From: Eutreptiella sp. 'Long Island Sound 2002'
Taxonomy: Eukaryota; Protista; Euglenida
Reading direction: 5' to 3'
Length of the DNA stretch: 64,000 nucleotides
NCBI GenBank assembly: GCA_964036045.1
Contig: OZ038378.1
Span: 188,108,001 to 188,172,000, forward strand
The notes under the pieces are model-generated. The model worked only from the letters and a program-made list of their open reading frames with translations, was not told the origin of the DNA and did not search any database. This document shows, one piece after another, positions 24,933 through 38,300 of this stretch. How positions within the stretch are numbered: position 1 is the first letter of the stretch; every line of letters starts with the position of its first letter. Both the position numbers and the translations under genes were made by a program.

Positions 24933-25317
24933 CTGTACAATGAACAGTGCCGAGGCTTCGCGGCAGCACCGGAGTCTCAGCAACGGGTGAGGGCCTCCAT
25001 GCGCCCTCTATGCCCCCTCGATGCTCCCTGGAAAGGCTGGGTTGTGATGTGTTGGGGGGCGCCCTCTCCCCGTTCAAGCGCAACCTCCCCACCCCCGAGC
25101 CCCATCATCAAGTCGGAGCCCGCCCCCTCCCCCTGACAGCGTCTCAGACCTGGCAGACGGGATCACACGCCGGTCTGTCGGCACCTGGGGCAGTTGAGGT
25201 TAGCCGACCTAGGGCGGAGGGGGGTCTGAGACCTGAGTGAGGGCTTGTGCAGCACAAAGGGCCCGAGAAGTATTTCCTGATTTGAAAACGTGTTTTCCTC
25301 CGAGGACTTGAATCGGA

Positions 25318-26652
25318 CCCCATTGAGAGAAACAAACGCACCGCGCGCACCGCACATTGCACCGCGCGCTCGTTTTTGGTTGGCGGTTTATGTATTTTTG
25401 GCAGATTTTCAGGGTGGCAGGGATGCGGTGGCTAAGGGGTTAGCGTACATCAACGGAGGCCTCCACTCTACCTCCTCACCAATGTCATGGTGGTTGTAGC
25501 TGACCACACGCCCTGCCCGGGGGGGGGGGGGGTGAGCACAAAGGTGACCTCCTCAGCACGGCCCACACCAAAGAGGGTGCCCGACACGGTGCCCAAGCCT
25601 GTGCAGCATTCGTTTCGACATGTTTCGCGGTTCGAACCTCACGGGGTGCTCATTCCGGTAAGGTGCCCCTCAGTTGAAGTCCTCCTCTCGTTCTCTTCAC
25701 CCTCCTTCTCAGCAGAAGAATAGCACAGGAATAACAAGAAAAGAGAGGTGAGCTGTAGTGCAACGGAGCAAAGGGGTGAAGGTAACCCATCTGAAAAAAA
25801 AAGATTCAGCACCTTGAGTTCTGCGGTGGTGGGCTCACAACTCCACTCCCATCATCGTTTAGGGGCGACGGTCTCCAGGTGTGCCTCCCCTTGCCGAAGG
25901 AGGTCGGTGATCGCAAAAATCTATTGCCTTTGGCAAGGCACCTCGAAGAGGGGAGAGGGACGACCATTTCTGAGCTGCTGAGGCTGGAAAACTGCATAAT
26001 AGCACGTTGTGCCCCAGACCCCCTGGGAGCCCCCCCCCCCCAACACCCAGTGTGAAAATGGCTAAGTCCTCACTGGCAAGGGGCCATATGGGGGGGGGCG
26101 ACTGGGGGTACCTGGAGTTGGGACCCGAGACCCCCGCCATGGGTTAAGGGGGTCCATATACAAGAAAAAAGTTCTAGGACCCAGGTTCAAATACACACAC
26201 AGCAGCCACAATACGCAAAGAAGTTTTGACCCCCCCCCCACCACCCCACCCCACCCCCCCCCTCCAAAAAAGGGGTACCCAAGTGCAGGGGGGGTACGGG
26301 GGTCAAAATCCAAAAAAATCATTGGGGGATCATTTTTGGTCCTAAAAGGATGATTTTACAAGGGGTTAGACGTCAGAAACCATACAATGGGGCATGCTAC
26401 GCGCACGACCCCAAAAAAGGGGGGGTATACGACGCTCGCGCCTGTGCTTGATCTAACAAGCTCTCTTCGAGGTGATTTTTATCCCTCTACCCTCCCACAA
26501 GCTCTACTTATGCTTGTGGGAGACTGGTGTTAACGACAGTGTGACTATATGAAAAAATGGTGTGTTTATAAAACAACGCGCCAAACCGTGTGCACCGTGC
26601 GCACACCGCGCATTGCACCGCGCGCACCGCGCGTTTGTTTCTCTCATTGGGG
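25318..26652. mobile_element. Possible TIR element, ~1.3 kb, non-coding
   Basis: ccccattgagagaaacaaacgc versus gcgtttgtttctctcattgggg (1 mismatch). caccgcgcg arrays near both ends; no TSD seen. Confidence 0.5.
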
Positions 26653-26938
26653 ACGGGCTCAGGTGGTGGCCCTGCCCCTTCCAATCCCATTTTGCCATTC
26701 AAGAGCAGACCGTATTCACGACGACGCAAAGGAACTGACACGGGGGAGGGCGAGCCGGGGGGGTAGCCAGCCCACTGCTTGCCCACAGCAGCCGAGGGGC
26801 TGTTGAGCGCTGTGGGGGGGCTGGGGATGGCCGTGGGGATTGAAAACTGTTGAGGATTGTTGAGTGCCCAGGGGTGTGGGGGGGGTTTGAGGATTGTTGA
26901 GGGTTGTCGACTGAGGGTTGTCGAATGCTCAGACAGAC

Positions 26939-27139
26939 CTGCTGCAGAAGACGACGGCTGCCATTCCAACGCCTGGATGGCGTCTGTATGCCCATTGAGA
27001 GGGCACTCGGCGTCAGGGTCCTCAAAAGACTGGAGCTGCCACACCACGAGCTTTGAGGTCTGGTACCCCACCGCGACACGCGTTCCATCAGGGGAGACTG
27101 CAATGGCGCTGACGCTGACGGCCGGGGAAACTGCTTGTC
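26939..27139 (-). CDS. GEMIN5: Gemin5-like exon 5
   Basis: Reads QAVSPAVSVSAIAVSPDGTRVAVGYQTSKLVVWQLQSFEDPDAECPLNGHTDAIQALEWQPSSSAA, similar to LVAIGYKDG..RLRGHDDEIHSIAWCP. Phase 1 to 1; an alternative in-phase acceptor would start the exon at 27130. Confidence 0.88.
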
Positions 27140-27242
27140 CTAACGACGATGCACAGTATAGTGCGCGCACGCTCGCACACGCACACGACAAGCAGCGCCC
27201 ACATGATGCCCAGCAGCAGATCAACAGCCAGAGAAACAGATA

Positions 27243-27635
27243 CCCCCCCCCCCTTGTATAAGCTACGCCAAAGTCCCAAATTAATACGGTCCCTACGCCT
27301 ACTGTAGCTTGGACACGGGCGTAGCTTGCGCGCAACACATACAACTACTGACACCGGGCGCCCAGGTTCAAAAAGAGAGGATTGCATGGTGCCGGTTCAA
27401 GAAAGGGGCATATAATGCACAAACATCCCCAAAATCAGAGCTATGTGGGTTCAAGTGGCAAACACTCACAACAAATGTGTCCATGACTCTATGTGACTCG
27501 CAAATCCGTCACCAAACCCATGTTTTATGTGGCTGCACTACGTTTGGTACCGAATTAAAATTAGGTCCCAAATTAATACGGTCCCTACGCCTACTGTAGC
27601 TTGGACAAGGGCGTAGCTTATACAAGGGGGGGGGG
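27243..27635. mobile_element. MITE with TA target duplication (Tc1/mariner-like)
   Basis: TA|C11-ttgtatagctacgcc ... ggcgtagcttatacaa-G10|TA. A ~55-bp block (gtcccaaattaatacggtccctacgcc...) is duplicated internally. Confidence 0.7.
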
Positions 27636-29381
27636 TACTTAGACGCATACGGACACTTGCATGCACAGATATGGACACAGGCACAGGCACAGCGGCACGC
27701 ACACACACGCGTGCATGTGCTCTGTCACAAAACATCATCAGCAACAACAGCCAGCCCGTTGGCCTCACACACTCGTTGCGATTCCCTTCTTGTATGGACG
27801 CATTCCATCATTCAGGAATTCGTTCATGACACGGGAGGTGGGGTGGGGGGTAGGGGGGGGAGTTTTCGTTCCCAGTCAAATTGGCCTGGATAAATTCCAG
27901 TGCGATTGGCACTGTGCACATCGCCAGGCATGTGAAAATTACATAAAGAAGGCCGAAAGCATGCTTTCCATGGCATGCTTGATCATCATTAGTGGTCACA
28001 ATATCAAAGAAAAAAAAGTTTTTGGAAATTTCCATTTCTAAGCTGTAGAGTTTGAGGAGTTTGTATACCATCCCCTTAAAGAACCCCCTCCCCAGACCCA
28101 ATACTCAAATGGGGTGAAAATCACATAGACAGGGCCAAGCGGTCAAGTGGTCAGGGGGCAAGTGGTCAAGTGGTTGAGGGGCAAGTGGTCAAGTGGTCAG
28201 GGGCCCAAAACACACTTTACATGGGACATATGAGCAATGTGAGTGGTCACCATATCAAAAAAATCAGTTTTCGAAATTTCCATTTTTGACGGTGCACCGC
28301 TTAGGCAGTTTGTGCACCAGTCCCTTGGGAGACCCCCTTCCATGCACCCAACACCCCAATAGAGTGAAAAACAAGAGGACATCGGGCTTTTAGTGTCCAC
28401 GAGGGGGTGTGAGGGGCAGGGAAGCACGCCGCAAGTCAGTCCGTCACCTGCCCCGTCCGTTGCTGCCCCCCCCCCCCCCGTTTCGTGTGGCGACCTGGAG
28501 GGACGCTCTTACGCACCCGCCCGCCCGTGCTCTCTGCCTGCGGCTCGCGATGCCGCCCGCGCCGCGTTGGCCCGGGGCGAGTCAGGGCCCTGCCCTGCCC
28601 TGCGTGCAGGTGGGAGCGACAAACCGAGAGGCGGCGGCGCGCCCCCTGCGGGTGACAGCGGGGCGCATGGCCAGCGGTTGCGGCAGCCCACATTGCTTTC
28701 GCTGGGGCTGACCAGCTCGACCGCGCGACGTGCAAAGGCGTCCCCCGTAACCCCGTCCCCAACTCCACAACCCGCTAAGGGGATGCAGCCCCGCGGCTGG
28801 AAAAGATACCAGAACAGACTGCATCGGGTGCAAAGCAAAGTTGCAGCACAACAGCCGCGGCAAATGGCCGTGGAAGGGAGATGGCGTATGGCACGAGCAC
28901 AGAGGTGCGCCAGGGGATGGGGAGGTGGCTACTGGGCAGGCCCTCAGAGAGGGAAGACTTTGCAAGGGGATGCTTCTCCTGGTCCCGAAGAGGCCAACGA
29001 AATGTCTCAAAACTGCGATTCACCCGCCACCGGACAAGATGCAGAGGTAGAATGCTCACCGTCGCTGAGAACCAACACCTTTGTTGCCGCTTGCTGGACC
29101 CGGGGCTGCCAGTGAGAAAAGTCCTACTGCCCAGGTCTGGGCCTCATACTGGAAAGAGGGCCAGAGTCACCGCCGCACAAGATTGCCACCCGCAGACTGA
29201 TCTGGATACTGCCAAGGCACCGTTCGCATTGGAGGCAATCGCATAGTTCCACACAGTCTGGCACTCGCAAGTAGCACGCCAAGCTCCCCATCCGGCATCC
29301 TGCCCCTGCGACTGCACGGACCTTTGCCTTTGCCGCCGTGGCCTTTTCCTCGGGCACCGGACCCCTTCCCCCCTTTCCCAC

Positions 29382-29479
29382 TAGCTTCATCGGGAAGCGA
29401 GTGCCGGGACTGGCTCTTGTTCAGTTTGGGGTCATGCAGCACGACGGTCCCATGGTCGTCCCCAAAGACCAGCATCCCA
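29382..29479 (-). CDS. GEMIN5: Gemin5-like exon 4
   Basis: tgtttgcag|T GGG; reads GMLVFGDDHGTVVLHDPKLNKSQSRHSLPDEA, similar to LIVSGDEKGVVFCYW. Donor A|gtggga is weak; phase 2 to 1. Confidence 0.8.
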
Positions 29480-31962
29480 CTGCAAACATATGCAAGAGAC
29501 GACCGATGCGCTGTGCTCGGTGAAAGCATGGGCGGGAGCAGAGAGCGCGGTGAGAGAGTTCGCGCGCTGCGTGGCGGGGCGACCACGATTTCCATGCCAC
29601 CCTTCTTGAGGGCGCAATGTCAACAATCAAGCCGCTGCACAACTTCACCCCTGGACCTCAACAAAATGTCAGCTGTGGGTCGCCTATGGCTTCAACGCCG
29701 TCGTTGTCAGATCTACGATTTGATCACACGAGCGATCACACGCTTCAATCGGTTGAAGCGGTTTGCATTCCGTGTCTTGGCCATGACTGCAAGAAGGGGA
29801 CTCTAGATGGTGGGCCCCAGAGTGGACACACGCCCTTGAGGTGCAGTTTTGTAGTTTTGCTGCAAACGGAGTGTCTGGAACATACTGGTCTGCCATCAGC
29901 GATAACATCCCATATCCACCTCCGGGTTTGAATCAGTTGTGGGAGAGCATGGCAGAGTCTTGCCTGACCACAGCAACTCGGGGGTTGATGTTGGTCAGGT
30001 AAGCCCCCCCCCCCCGCTCCTTGCAATCTCCTCCCCGAGCGCGACGGTCTCCCGGGGGGGGGGGGGGGGAGACGGTCACCAAGTGACGGTCTCCCCTCCC
30101 CCTGAATTCTAGTATAAGCTAAAGAAAAATTGTCTTCGGTGCCTAGTATTGCCTATGCTTTTTGGGCCAAGTGACGGTCTCCGGGGTGGGGGGGGGATTG
30201 CAAAAGGGGGGGGGGGGGGTGAAATTCGTCCCTGCAAGCTACGAAGCTGAGGTGCACGGCGCACGGCGATCTAGGTTTCCCAGGATCTGTTTACAACGCA
30301 CCCGCTGACGAGATGTTTTCCGCTGTGGGTGTTTGTGGGTGGGTAGGCCCATGCAATAGTCAGGTTCTCCATTTTGCCCCCCCCCTTTCCCCCCCAGCCC
30401 CGGGTGGTTAAGGAATCCTCTGCCCCCCATAAATTGCACTGTTGCACCCCATTACCAGCATAACGATGCACCTCACCCCACGCCTTGGGGCTGCTGTTAG
30501 ACTGTGTGTTTTCGTTAAACAACAACGTCCCAACTGCCCTGACCCCCATCGTAAGTGGAACAAGGTGGCACATGGAACCGCACAGCAGCCAGAAAAATCG
30601 CACCAAGCAAACCCACTCCGAGGAAGCAAAATCTGGGCTGAAACTAAGAAAAGTACGCCAATTATCTCAGGTTTGGCCCAAATGCTGGTCGGAGACCATG
30701 ACACAACACTTCCGGTCGTTTGCTATTGGTGTTCCAGTTTCGGATAAGCGGACCCCAGCGATTCGTCCGGACTTCTTCGTCGCTGCTGTCTCGCTTCCGT
30801 CAGTCAGTGCGGCCCAGTACCTCGTCCGAGCTGCAGTTGACCCAGCAACCCACGCGCAAAGCCCCAATAAAGAAACTGAGAAGAGAAAACAATACTCCTC
30901 TAATGCCCCACGATGTCCAGCTCATATTTCAGCTTTGGGTGAATGACCAACAATCACCCGGAAAATACGGACAATGGCCGAACTGCAAACCCCACTTTTG
31001 TATTGACAACCAATGAGATTCCGACACCACAAAAAAAACCCGATTCCCTGACGCACTGGAAACTGGCACCTTGTGGCTCAGGCGAAATGGCTAAAGATCC
31101 CCCAGATCTTGAGGTCAGCACCCAAACTGTTGGAGACAGGTGCGGTACTCCAGTTGTGTGTGGACACAACGATGTCAAACTAGTGCTGACTTCCCCATGT
31201 TGGCCCAGCTCTTGGGTGAAAATGACCGAAAATTACCCAGAACCAAAATACGATAGCCAGACCGTTGCCAACGAATGCGGCATTCCAAGTTGGTATTGAT
31301 GAGCTGCAATAAAGCGTATTTGGGACTAGCTGTTACATCCACGATATGTGAGAGATCCATCCGTGTAGCAACCCCCCCCCTCACCCCACATGCCATGCAG
31401 CCCATTCCAGAAGTAAAAGCTGTTTCCAGTTGAGACCCGAGGACATCTGCGAGTTCTTTTTGGCTTGAACAAGAGCACCGCGGTGCGCGCGCTGATCCGC
31501 CGCAATGTCGTGAACTTGTAAAGATCAAACGAACCCGCGATCATTTGAGAAATGTGCTGACGTTGTTCACGCAGCAATCTGCGGTATGAGACATGCCTTG
31601 TATTGCGGTGGGCTGCTGCGACATTGTAACGTGTGGAGTCGGCACATGGCAGACCACGTTGACCCATGTCACCGTGGACGCTTAGATGAGGGATGCTTCT
31701 TAACCAAAGGTAATTGACAACCATTCTTCTATTTGAAATAGAAAAAGAGCGAAGTACTGTTTTTCAGTGTGAAACGTCTTTTGTGAGGCATGGGGCCAGT
31801 TCTGTAATTTCAATTCGTTGAACAGATTTTTGTCAAAATTACCTTTTACAAAGCTACTTCCCGGTTGAAACACCGCTCCCTCCGCGCGACGAGAGGGGGG
31901 AGGGGGTGCATATGGGCAGATCACATGCCGTCCCGGACCTGCACAACCGTCACACAACGTAC

Positions 31963-32022
31963 CTGGGCAGAACGTCCACGCAATGTACGGGATGTTGATG
32001 GCGGATCACTTGCAGACATGCC
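31963..32022 (-). CDS. GEMIN5: Gemin5-like exon 3 (60 nt)
   Basis: tgtctcag|G...AG|gtacgt. Reads (K)ACLQVIRHQHPVHCVDVLP(S). Phase 2 to 2, bridging exons 2 and 4 in frame. Confidence 0.75.
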
Positions 32023-32949
32023 CTGAGACAACGAACACAAAGGGGCCATCACAACGCCCACTGCCGACCGACCGCTGCTGCAGTCGTGAGTAATCCCCAC
32101 CCTGATGGACCCGCGCCGGTCAATGAGCGGGCACATTGTCGTGCCGAACCAGTCGCCAGCGCCCGGCAAACTCTCACATGGCCGACCCCAGACAGGAGCC
32201 CACAGAAGTCAGACGCAGAAGATGTGGGCATGCGGCGAGGGGGGGGGGGGGGGGCAATGGAGTCCTCTTACGCTGAGCGCCCTCAGGTGGCACACAGCCA
32301 CTGGGGGTGTTTCTCCAGCCCAGTCTGTGAGTCTTGTCCGGGGTCACTTGATCCTGGGACAACTGAAGGCGATTGATCGCTGGGTTGCGCACGGGGTGTT
32401 GTCTGTGGGGGCTCCCAACAGCTTAAAAGTAGGAGGCTGCAAAGCATTCGGGTGACAGGGCTGGTGACGCACACCAACTGGTGACCTCGGTGAGTGGCTC
32501 CGGGAAGCAAAGCGAGGTCTTTTGGGGCACCATGCACACCACACCTGAACGTTCCCGTTGCCCCCCCCCCCCTTCACCTTGTCACCTCCCCCCCCCGTGC
32601 CCTCCGGCATGAGACTGTCGCACACATCCGCCAAACCGGCACCTCCTAGCAGACCTCAGGGAGGGTGGCAGCACACAGAGGGTTGGGGAGGCAACTGCAA
32701 TGGCGCATACACCCGGGCGACAACACAGCAGGGGACAACTCCACACTTACAACGGGTGACTGCTCAGGACCCGTAAGTCAAGGAGTGGGACAAGGGGTTG
32801 CGGGCAGTGATGCCTTAGAATGTCAATTCCTTCACGAACCCCAGCCCCCCCCTCCTCCCCGAAGGAGCATTGCAACAGGACGCCCCTCATGGCTACACCA
32901 CACCACACGACACCATACCACACCACACGACACCACACCACACCCATCA

Positions 32950-34070
32950 TCGCCCAAGATGTCCACCCGATGGTGGGCAGCCACATCGGGGTGGGCACCC
33001 GGGACCACCTCTACGCCCACACGGAGGGGTACGCCTACACAATGCCGCTCGGGGCCCTACACAGCCGGATGCTGCAGCAACAGCTAGGCATCCCCCAAGG
33101 CACAATACAAGGCGTGCATGTGGGGGCCACGGAGGCGATCCCCTTCGTCAAGTATGTGGGCATAGCATATGGAGCGTACACAGCCCCCCTGACGGCCCAC
33201 CCAATGATGATGTGGGTGGATGACACAATTACAGTCCTCGCCAGAGGGGAGGGCCGGCCCATTCAGGGGGTCCTCGTGGATCACTGCACCTATTTCCACA
33301 GGGTGTTACAGGCCTCGGTGCCGGACAAGAAGATGTGGCACGGCTCCACTTGGGACCCAAAGCCTCTACTTTCCCCCGCCCCGCGCACTTGGGGTGTGCC
33401 TAGTTCACACACGCCCCACAAGCCAAGGAACGGGCCTTGCAACACTCGGGGAAACTTTTGCCAGCCCCGGTCCTCCGATATTTTCCTCCAAGGGAGGCCC
33501 ACGGCACCCCGAAATGTCTCAGCCATCGGGGCAGAGATATGGGGGCAGGTCCCAGCGCATGACCCCCGATGCGGCAATGATGGTGCTCAAGGCCAAAATC
33601 CCGCCCAAGTTGTTCACCACGGCGAGCGTGTGGCACCCTACAGCTACAATCCAGCAACCAAATGATGCACTCATAGTGCGATGCTGGAAATCACATGCAC
33701 GTCCCGCCACACCCACACGGAATCGCTGTGGGAGCCCGAGAGAGACGGTTGTCTAAGGCTCCGCTGCTCGGAGCACTCATGGCAAGTGGCAGTGGCCTGG
33801 GGGTCCGCCAAGGAGCATGGGCACAGAACCACTTCCGGCGGGCCCAAGGGACATACTTTCAGAGTGCCATGCCCACCATGGGGGGTGCCCCGGCATGCTC
33901 ACCCTGGGGCAGTAAAATCACTACCGTCACTACACCCATTTGTTGTGCACCCTACAGCAGGTGGTGGACCAGGTGGGCATGCCGATGTGGCTCCCTGGGC
34001 ACTGTGCGGTCCCCAAGGTGGTGGTACCCTAGCACAAGGGCCACCGAGTAGACTGCCCGGGGTAGTTGGT
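32950..34070 (+). mobile_element. Degenerate non-LTR (LINE) reverse transcriptase fragment
   Basis: LGIPQGTIQG..IPFVKYV..MMWVDDTITVL (GxPQG and YxDD-equivalent motifs); frameshifted thumb-like region VLKAKIPPKLFTTASVWHP. Confidence 0.7.
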
Positions 34071-34280
34071 TTTGCTTTGCCCGCCCTGTCCCTCGCCCTA
34101 TACCCTGCCCTGATCCCAGCCCTAAGACAGAGAAGACATGCAGACAATCAAGACAACGAGACTGCTGCTTTTGCGTCTGGGAAAAACCCTAAGGTAATCC
34201 CCAACAAACGCTGGGGGCGGTCGCCACCCTCCCCGCACAACGGCACACCTACACTCCACGCACCACTGATAGGCATAGGT

Positions 34281-34990
34281 ACAGACACAGACACAGACAC
34301 AGACACTCAGGGGACGTCACAGGCACCCGCAGGCCTGGGACTACTGGTGTGCCGCCCTGGCCGGTCTGTCAAAACCGGGCTTGCCTCCAACACACCCCAC
34401 CAGAGAGGGTGGGTTGAAACACACAAGCACGAGCATGTCTGGCAAGACTGGGCGTGCTATTGCGTTGCCCTGGCAGGTGTATCAAGACTGGGCCTACCAC
34501 GCTCTCCACGCGACACCGGCACCGACACAGACACAGAGACCTACACAGATACTCAGATGCAAGCAAAGGCACAAGCACAGACACAGACACAGACACTCAG
34601 GGGACGTCACAGGCACCCGCAGGCCTGACAAGACTGGGACTGCTGGTGTGCCGCCCTGGCCGGTCTGTCAAAACCGGGCCTGCCTCCAACACACCCCACC
34701 AAAGAGGGTGGGCTGAAACACACACGCACGAGCAGGTCTGGCAAGACTGGGCGTGCTATTGTGTTGCCTTGGCAAGACCGTCAAGACTGGGCCTGCCACG
34801 CGCTCCACGCGACACCAACACCGACACAGACACAGAGACCTACACAGATACTCAGATGCAGGCAAAGGCACAAGCACAGACACATACACAGACACTCAGG
34901 GGATGGCACAGGCACCCGCAGGCCTAACAAGACTAGACGTGCTGGCGCGCTGCCGGGCCGGTCTGTTAAACCGGGCCTGTCACCTCGTAC
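34281..34990. repeat. ~295-bp tandem repeat, ~2.3 copies
   Basis: agacactcagggga at 34301, 34591 and 34890; recurring aagactggg motif. Confidence 0.85.
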
Positions 34991-35329
34991 GCCAGCGGTT
35001 CCGTGAGCCCCCCCCCCCCCCCCAAGGCCCGCACCAAACGCAGGCATGCCACCAAATGGAGAGGGCGGGGGCACACTTGCACCAGCAAGTCTGTCAAGAC
35101 TGGGCCTACTGAACTGCACCTAGAACCGCGGACATGGGGGGCGGCACATACACCCACACAGGAGAAAGAGGGAGGGACACAGGCAGGGTCACGGCGCACT
35201 GGGGTGTGGCATTCCACACCCGTGGGGAAAAAATAGGAAGGGGGAACCATAGGTGGGCCAACCTGCTAGCGGTTGGTGAAAAAACTGAAACAGACCCGCA
35301 TCCGACATCACCGCCAACACACGCACCCT

Positions 35330-38300
35330 ACGGCACGCCAAGATCAAGCGTCCGTTGCCAAGGCACGTCTGTCAAGACTGGGCCTACTATCAGTCCTGCA
35401 CCCTGTTCAAGTCCCTGGGCCAAACTCCACCGTAAGCCTGCAGGCCAGGCAAGACTGGGCCTGCTGGTGGTGTGGCTTGCTTGGCAGCACTGCCCGCCGG
35501 CTAACCTCCCCACTGGTACCCCACCCACACCTGCCTGTCCTTGTCCCCCATGACTCCCCAGGGCGGCGACCGCGCGCTGTTGCCGCGCCCTCGCTTGCAC
35601 CACTATGTCGTGTGCACTATGACCCTGCCACCAGCGCGATACAGGGTATGCGGGGTTGAGCTCGTGCGCCAGCTGTACGCTACAGCCCTGCCAGCGTAGT
35701 CCATGCGTCATCCTTCTCACGATTCGCTGCTGCTCCGGCAAACCTGACCGCGCCTTGCCCCACATAATCATGGCCAGCGCTCTTGCATTGTCCATGAACA
35801 AGCGCACAGCGGGGGCGTGTAGTGCCCGCACCTCGTCCAACTCCCCACAACTTGGCACTTTGCTGGCTGGTCACCCAGACAGGGCAACCCCGAATACGGG
35901 CCCCCTTGGGGCCCCACAGGCCCACGGTGTATGGTCCCCATGGCGTTGCCGCAAGATCCACGTACACTTGCGGCGCCTCGGGGAACGCATCCGCCGGGCA
36001 CGACGGTTCCCAGCCCCGCTATGCTGCCGCCAGGCCCTCCAACAAACCAGCCACCATGGCCGGCGGCGTCCACGGCGCCCACCGTGCCCCGTGGTGCACC
36101 CATACCCACGTTCCAGCCCGGAAAGAGGATGCCGTGTTCCCTAGCCGCCCCAGCCACACCAAGCGACCCAGGATACGTCAGACCGCATTCCTGGTGCACG
36201 GGCGGGTCGCCAAGCGCACCCACCGGGCAATGCAGTCCGCGATTGCTGTCGGGCGCGGTGCGATTCTGCCTGCTCCGGCACCAACGTCCTTGCCCATCCA
36301 GGCCACGCTTTCCACCGGGTCCGGCCGTGACTTGGGGCTGATCAAGTAACATTCCCAGATGAGCCGGCCCGCCACCTAGTCAGTCACCCTGGCCACCTCG
36401 TTCTTATCCCTGCCCAGGAAGAGGATGTTGCCAAGGTATTGAACGACAATGACGGCACCTAGCGGGACATTGGCGATGGCTGAGGCCACGAGGTGCTGCA
36501 CAACGCCGGGTGTCTAGTGCCACCCAAACGGCACTCGCACAACCGCCACTGTTGCGCCCTGGACGCCAATACGGATGGCCCGCTGCAGCTTTGGTGGGAG
36601 GACGATGGACCAATAGCAGTTCTGCAGGTCCAGCTTAGTGGCCCAGGCACCCCCCACCTCACGGAACACCGCGCTGAGGCCCTCGAGTGACGGAAGCTTG
36701 AAGCGCCGCGCTGTGTGGGAGCAAGTGTGGTTGAATGCCATCATGTTCATGATCAGCGCTGCTTTGGTCTCAAACTTGTGCTTGACGAACACCTGGGCGT
36801 TGGATTGATCGCCGGGCCCTGCCCTCTCCGTGAGCCCCTCCTTCACCAAAGCTTGCACCATGGCCGTGACCTTCAGGCATGTGGAGTGCGGCTAGGTTGG
36901 TGCTGCGCGGCCCGCCCGGTCGAAGTGCGGGTCAGCCCACGCCTCCCACATGTGCTGTGGGACCTCCGCCCAGCCGGCCGGGCCTACTCCTTGAGCTGCC
37001 GTCTCCAAGGACATATGTGCGCTTGCCCGCAGCGTTGGCGAGCTCGCCTCGTCCGGGGGCCCGTTTGTGGCCAACACATGCAGTGCATCGATAGTCAGGT
37101 TGAGGTCCTGCATCTTTCTCTCAACCGGGTGTGTGCTGTCCCACACCCACAGCACTGATTTCTCCCACCATTGCACCAACAAACCGCGGACACGTGTTGT
37201 CGGCACCTGGTACCTACTAGCCATCTTGGCCGCCGTGTCCCGCGGTGCTGATCCACGCCGTGGCCGCACTGCGCGCACCGGGCTTCCACACCCGGCGGGG
37301 CCGCCAAGCCGGGCTGCCCCCCCTGGCACCTGGGTGCTGCGGCTAGTGCCTCTGCTGGTGGAGCGGCCAACGGGCGTCTGTCACGCGCGTTGCGGCGACG
37401 CACGCGGACTTGCATCGCTGGGCACTTGGGGTACTGCCGCGTTGGTCGCCCGTACCGGAGCATCACCTCTGGCTGGTTTGGGGTGGGCTTTTGGCCGTGC
37501 CCTGGGCTTCGGCTTTGGTACTCGCATCGCCGCTGCAGCAGACCCCAGTATCCCCTGGACGTCTGATGAGTCAGATGAATCGGAGATGACGTACGGTCCC
37601 AGTTTACGCCCCGACCCTCGTCGTTTGCCGCGCTTCGGGGCGGTACTGTCTGCCACGCCGAAGATAGTGCCCATGGGCCACATGTCCATGACGCCCGTGG
37701 CCCTATACAGCACCCCACCGTCTGGCCTTGGCCACGGCAGCGTCGGCGGTGCACCCCAGTCCTCGCAGAGTAGCCAGTGTAGCGGGCGGACTCTGGTTGG
37801 CACCAGCTCCAGGCGCTTCACCATTCGTATTGAGGAGACCACACCCCTAAGGGTGGCTGACCGGCGTCCTTCGGCAGCCATTTTGGTGAGGTGGATGGCC
37901 AATGCCTCGGCCGTGGTCTTCTCGTGGCGGAGTAAGGCGGTACGTCCCAGGCTTCGCAGCTCACGCGTCCAGTTTGACACGGTGTCTTCCGCCCAGCGGT
38001 GTACCGCCAAGGCTTTTGGCTGCAGTGTGTACAGCCCGGGCCCCAGGTCCGTGATGACGGTCCCCAGGTGCCGCAGGGCGACAGCCGAACCGTCGGCGTC
38101 GCGGTCTCCATCCCCGCCCCCCTCGCCACCCCCCTCACAAGGCCTGCTGGGGTGCAAGCTGGGGCTGGGGCTGGGGCTGGGGCTGATGCTAAGGCTGGGG
38201 CTGGATTGGGAGTTAGGGCTTTGGTTGCGGCTGGGGTTGCTGAGTGTGGCAATGGACCCGCGCCGGGCAAGGCTGCCCGCTCCAGTGCATTTGGGAGCAT

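Noticed and set aside
29480-29530. Apparent WD-like frameshift (AFTEHSASVV.. running into SLAYVCSGML)
   Set aside because: A canonical acceptor before 29479 plus the 60-nt exon at 31963-32022 explains the protein without a frameshift.
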